A stretch of DNA of 32,000 nucleotides, taken from positions 1,110,001 through 1,142,000 of the forward strand of contig NC_020304.1 in NCBI RefSeq assembly GCF_000341395.1. The letters are read 5' to 3'. Positions 29,125 through 32,000 of the stretch are shown here, piece after piece. How positions within the stretch are numbered: position 1 is the stretch's first letter; each line of letters begins with the position of its first letter. Source of the stretch: Desulfocapsa sulfexigens DSM 10523 (GTDB lineage: Bacteria > Desulfobacterota > Desulfobulbia > Desulfobulbales > Desulfocapsaceae). The position numbers were made by a program, and so were the translations under genes. The notes under the pieces were generated by a model. The model was not told the DNA's origin, did not search any database, and saw only the letters and a list, made by a program, of their open reading frames with translations.

Positions 29125-31410
29125 ATGAAAATACGCACCCTTCTCATTATGGGCTTCCTGGCTCTGGCATTTACCCCCTTGCTGCTCTTTATTGGCTTGA
29201 ATATGCCCCGCGTTTTGAGTCAGTTTAAAACTGCTGATGAAACCAAACAGCTCTTGTTGATTCAGCGTAATGCCCATGAAATCAACATGACTCTTAAGTG
29301 GGATGCCAACAGCCTGAAGTCCCTGAGTTATAATATGGGGGCTATCGAGCTTGCTGGAAGTCTATCGTCGGATTTATCTCAAAAGACGTTGCACGAACGA
29401 GTCGGGAAGATGGTTGTTCGATGGTATCAGGATTATCCGGAAGTATCATCCATCCAACTTTTCAATCAACGGGGAACAGAACAGTTTATTGTTCGACGTG
29501 AACAGAATGGTATCCTGACACCATTCCCACCAAGGAGCAACACCATACCTCCCCCGTCTCTACTGAACCAGGCAGACATTCATTCCAGCGGAGATGTGTA
29601 TATCTCCGGTTTTAAGTGGGACGAAACAACGGGAACGTATCAATATCCCCAGATGTCTCTTGGGGTAGTTTTGAAGAAACAGGATGAATACGCCGGTTTT
29701 GCTGTCCTTTCCATCGATCTCTCCCACCTGCTGAAAAACGAATCCGGGCATCTTGCCATATATAACAAACGAACCAATAGATACACTGTTCCTGGTGTAA
29801 GCAATACAAGGGGAGAGGAACTGTTGCTCCCGCCGGGCCTGCTCTTTCCTAACGAGGCAACTTTAATCAAGGATCAACATGGAGAGGGTATGGCCCTTGT
29901 GCCACTTTTCACCAATGAACATTCTTTTGAAAATGTTTTGTTTACCTACCCTGTGGAGATAAGTAGTACCATGGTGTGGGTTGATAAATGGCGAAAACAG
30001 GTTCTCATTTTATTTGCTACCTTACTGCTGTGTATCTGTTTTGCCGCTGTCAAGATCTCCATGGTACTTGATCGTTTCGTCAAAGAGTTACTCTCTGCCT
30101 TTCAGGATCTGCTTCATCAGAAAAAGGCCATGAACTTCCCCTGCTCCGGCCCGGATGAGGTGCGAAAACTGAGTCTCAGCCTGAACACTCTTTCCCTTCA
30201 GTACCTTGAGAGTCTGCATTCACAGGAACGCATGCTGGAGAAAACCAAAGAGATGGAAAATGAGTTGAGACAATCACAGAAGATGAAAGCCATTGGGTTG
30301 CTGGCCGGTGGCGTGGCACATGATTTAAATAATATTCTCTCGGGAATAGTCAGTTATCCACAACTTCTGCTTCTGCAGCTTCCCGAAGATAATGAATTAC
30401 GTGGTCCAATTCTTGAGATTCAACGATCAGGCGAAAGAGCCGCTGCAGTGGTGGCGGACCTGCTCACCGTTGCCCGTGGCGTTGCCAGTAAAAAAGAATG
30501 TGCTGATCTCAACACCCTTATCCAGGAATATTTTGATTCACCGGAACACAAAACACAGAAAAAAAATTACCAGAATGTACTCTGTTCCGTGAATCTATCC
30601 GAAGAAAGCCTTCCCATTAGCTGCTCTCCTGTTCATTTAAAGAAAACACTCATGAATCTAATGATTAATGCTGCCGAGTCCATCCCGGCAGAAGGAGAGA
30701 TTATTGTAGAAACAAAGAAGGTACAGTTTTGCAATAAAGATATTCTCGGTTCAAATCTGGCACCTGGTAGTTATGCACTTCTCCAGATCAAAGACACAGG
30801 GCCAGGGATAGCGGAAAAGGATCTGAAACATATTTTTGAACCCTTCTATAGTAAAAAGAAGATGGGACGGAGTGGCACAGGACTCGGCCTGACAGTGGTT
30901 TGGAATACGATGAACGACCATGAAGGCAGGGTCAAGGTTATGAGCAGCGAAGAAGGAAGCTGTTTTGAACTCTATTTTCCGCTGTATCTGGAAGGACAGA
31001 ACGCCACTCCTGAAAAAACTGAAGAAACTGAGTTGCAGGGGAATGGAGAACGTATTCTGATCATTGACGATGAAGCGTTGCAAAGGGACCTTGGCTCGAG
31101 AATACTCGATATCTACGGCTATCATGTCGATGCGGTTGCTTCCGGGGAAGAAGCTGTCCAATTTCTAAAAGACCATGAGTGTGATTTGTTGATCCTGGAT
31201 ATGATAATGGAACCGGGTATGGATGGCTATGCAACTTTTCTGGAAATAGTGAAGATTCGTCCTCAGCAGAAGGCTGTTATTGTTAGTGGGTTCTCAGCTA
31301 GTCAGGCAGTTGAGAAAACGCAGAAACTTGGCGCAGGGGAACTATTAAAGAAACCATACTCTCCTGAAGCTCTAGCCCTTGCAGTGAAGAATGCTTTGCA
31401 GCAGAAATAG
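29125..31410 (+). CDS. Membrane hybrid histidine kinase with extracytoplasmic sensor domain and C-terminal receiver
   Basis: TM at N-terminus, about 250-aa extracytoplasmic region (Cache-like), TM, H-box AIGLLAGGVAHDLNNILSGIVS, GRSGTGLGLTVVWNTM, receiver RILIIDDEALQRDLG...LLILDMIMEPGMDG...LKKPY. Confidence 0.93.
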   Translation: MKIRTLLIMGFLALAFTPLLLFIGLNMPRVLSQFKTADETKQLLLIQRNAHEINMTLKWDANSLKSLSYNMGAIELAGSLSSDLSQKTLHERVGKMVVRWYQDYPEVSSIQLFNQRGTEQFIVRREQNGILTPFPPRSNTIPPPSLLNQADIHSSGDVYISGFKWDETTGTYQYPQMSLGVVLKKQDEYAGFAVLSIDLSHLLKNESGHLAIYNKRTNRYTVPGVSNTRGEELLLPPGLLFPNEATLIKDQHGEGMALVPLFTNEHSFENVLFTYPVEISSTMVWVDKWRKQVLILFATLLLCICFAAVKISMVLDRFVKELLSAFQDLLHQKKAMNFPCSGPDEVRKLSLSLNTLSLQYLESLHSQERMLEKTKEMENELRQSQKMKAIGLLAGGVAHDLNNILSGIVSYPQLLLLQLPEDNELRGPILEIQRSGERAAAVVADLLTVARGVASKKECADLNTLIQEYFDSPEHKTQKKNYQNVLCSVNLSEESLPISCSPVHLKKTLMNLMINAAESIPAEGEIIVETKKVQFCNKDILGSNLAPGSYALLQIKDTGPGIAEKDLKHIFEPFYSKKKMGRSGTGLGLTVVWNTMNDHEGRVKVMSSEEGSCFELYFPLYLEGQNATPEKTEETELQGNGERILIIDDEALQRDLGSRILDIYGYHVDAVASGEEAVQFLKDHECDLLILDMIMEPGMDGYATFLEIVKIRPQQKAVIVSGFSASQAVEKTQKLGAGELLKKPYSPEALALAVKNALQQK

Positions 31411-31591
31411 AAGATTGAAAGTGAGTACTAGTTGTGTAAAAATGTTGATCTTGTACTGTTAGAAATAGTGATATCCCAGGAATCAATTCCCTGAGTCACA
31501 CCATATTCGATAAATATTCAGTCAGGTAATACCAGCACACGCGGAGTATCTGATTGTATAGTACGTTTAGCTAGCCTGGATAACCGGTAAG

Positions 31592-32000
31592 ATGGAGAGT
31601 AAAGAACAGAAGACAACCTTAGCTGTGGCCACGGTTACCGCCTTTATGGCACCATTCATGATATCTTCGACCAACGTGGCCCTACCGGTCATTGGCAATG
31701 ACTTTCATGTGAATGCCGTATTGCTCGGCTGGGTTGCCACCTCCTATCTACTCGCCACAGCCGTTTTCCTTTTGCCGGCCGGCAAATATGCCGACTTACA
31801 CGGCCGCCGCAAGATATTTATGATCGGTATAGCCTTATTCACCCTGGGCGCACTTGGTGGTATGGCTGCAAATGGTATCGTTTTCTTCATCGCCACCCGG
31901 GTTCTCCAGGGCATGGGAGCGGCTATGTTCTTGACCACGGGAATGGCTATTCTCACCGCTACCTATCCACCACAAAGACGTGGTTGGGCCATCGGTATTC
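31592..32000 (+). CDS. MFS transporter, DHA2-like drug/efflux type (partial, runs off the right edge)
   Basis: Manual translation from ATG at 31592: MESKEQKTTLAVATVTAFMAPFMISSTNVALPVIGNDFHVNAVLLGWVATSYLLATAVFLLPAGKYADLHGRRKIFMIGIALFTLGALGGM...ATRVLQGMGAAMFLTTGMAILTAAYPPQRRGWAIGI, with MFS motifs (YLL..A..L...GK.AD..GRRK). Confidence 0.93.
   Translation, partial: MESKEQKTTLAVATVTAFMAPFMISSTNVALPVIGNDFHVNAVLLGWVATSYLLATAVFLLPAGKYADLHGRRKIFMIGIALFTLGALGGMAANGIVFFIATRVLQGMGAAMFLTTGMAILTATYPPQRRGWAIGI

Overview
The window looks like a chromosomal segment from a Gram-negative bacterium, probably a Deltaproteobacterium/Desulfobacterota (inferred from protein flavour only). It holds four blocks. (1) The 5' end of a minus-strand F-type ATPase beta subunit gene, resembling the Na+/alternative N-ATPase type, followed by a collapsed response-regulator remnant and a PAS-rich hybrid histidine kinase. 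(2) A minus-strand run of small stress/envelope genes at about 4.4-8.7 kb: DUF3185-like, lmo0937-like and Thivi_2564-like membrane proteins, coiled-coil proteins, a lipoprotein, an eRF1-3-like protein, a BON protein and an ABM monooxygenase. Part of it is a duplicated three-gene cassette in which each copy has lost a different member. (3) An alpha-glucan phosphorylase, a BON+DUF1207 outer-membrane protein, a small secreted protein, a sigma-54 enhancer-binding regulator with PAS domains, and a methyl-accepting chemotaxis protein. (4) A 13-kb array (18.4-31.4 kb) of four sensor kinases mixed with periplasmic solute-binding-protein domains from three families, with no ABC permease, ATPase or DNA-binding response regulator in view, followed by the start of an MFS transporter. 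The most notable points are the solute-binding-protein/kinase array, including one member interrupted by an in-frame TAA and one split at an A8 homopolymer, and the reciprocally decayed small-gene cassette. I saw no CRISPR array, tRNA, rRNA or intact transposase. I do not claim a clearly new defence or mobile system here.
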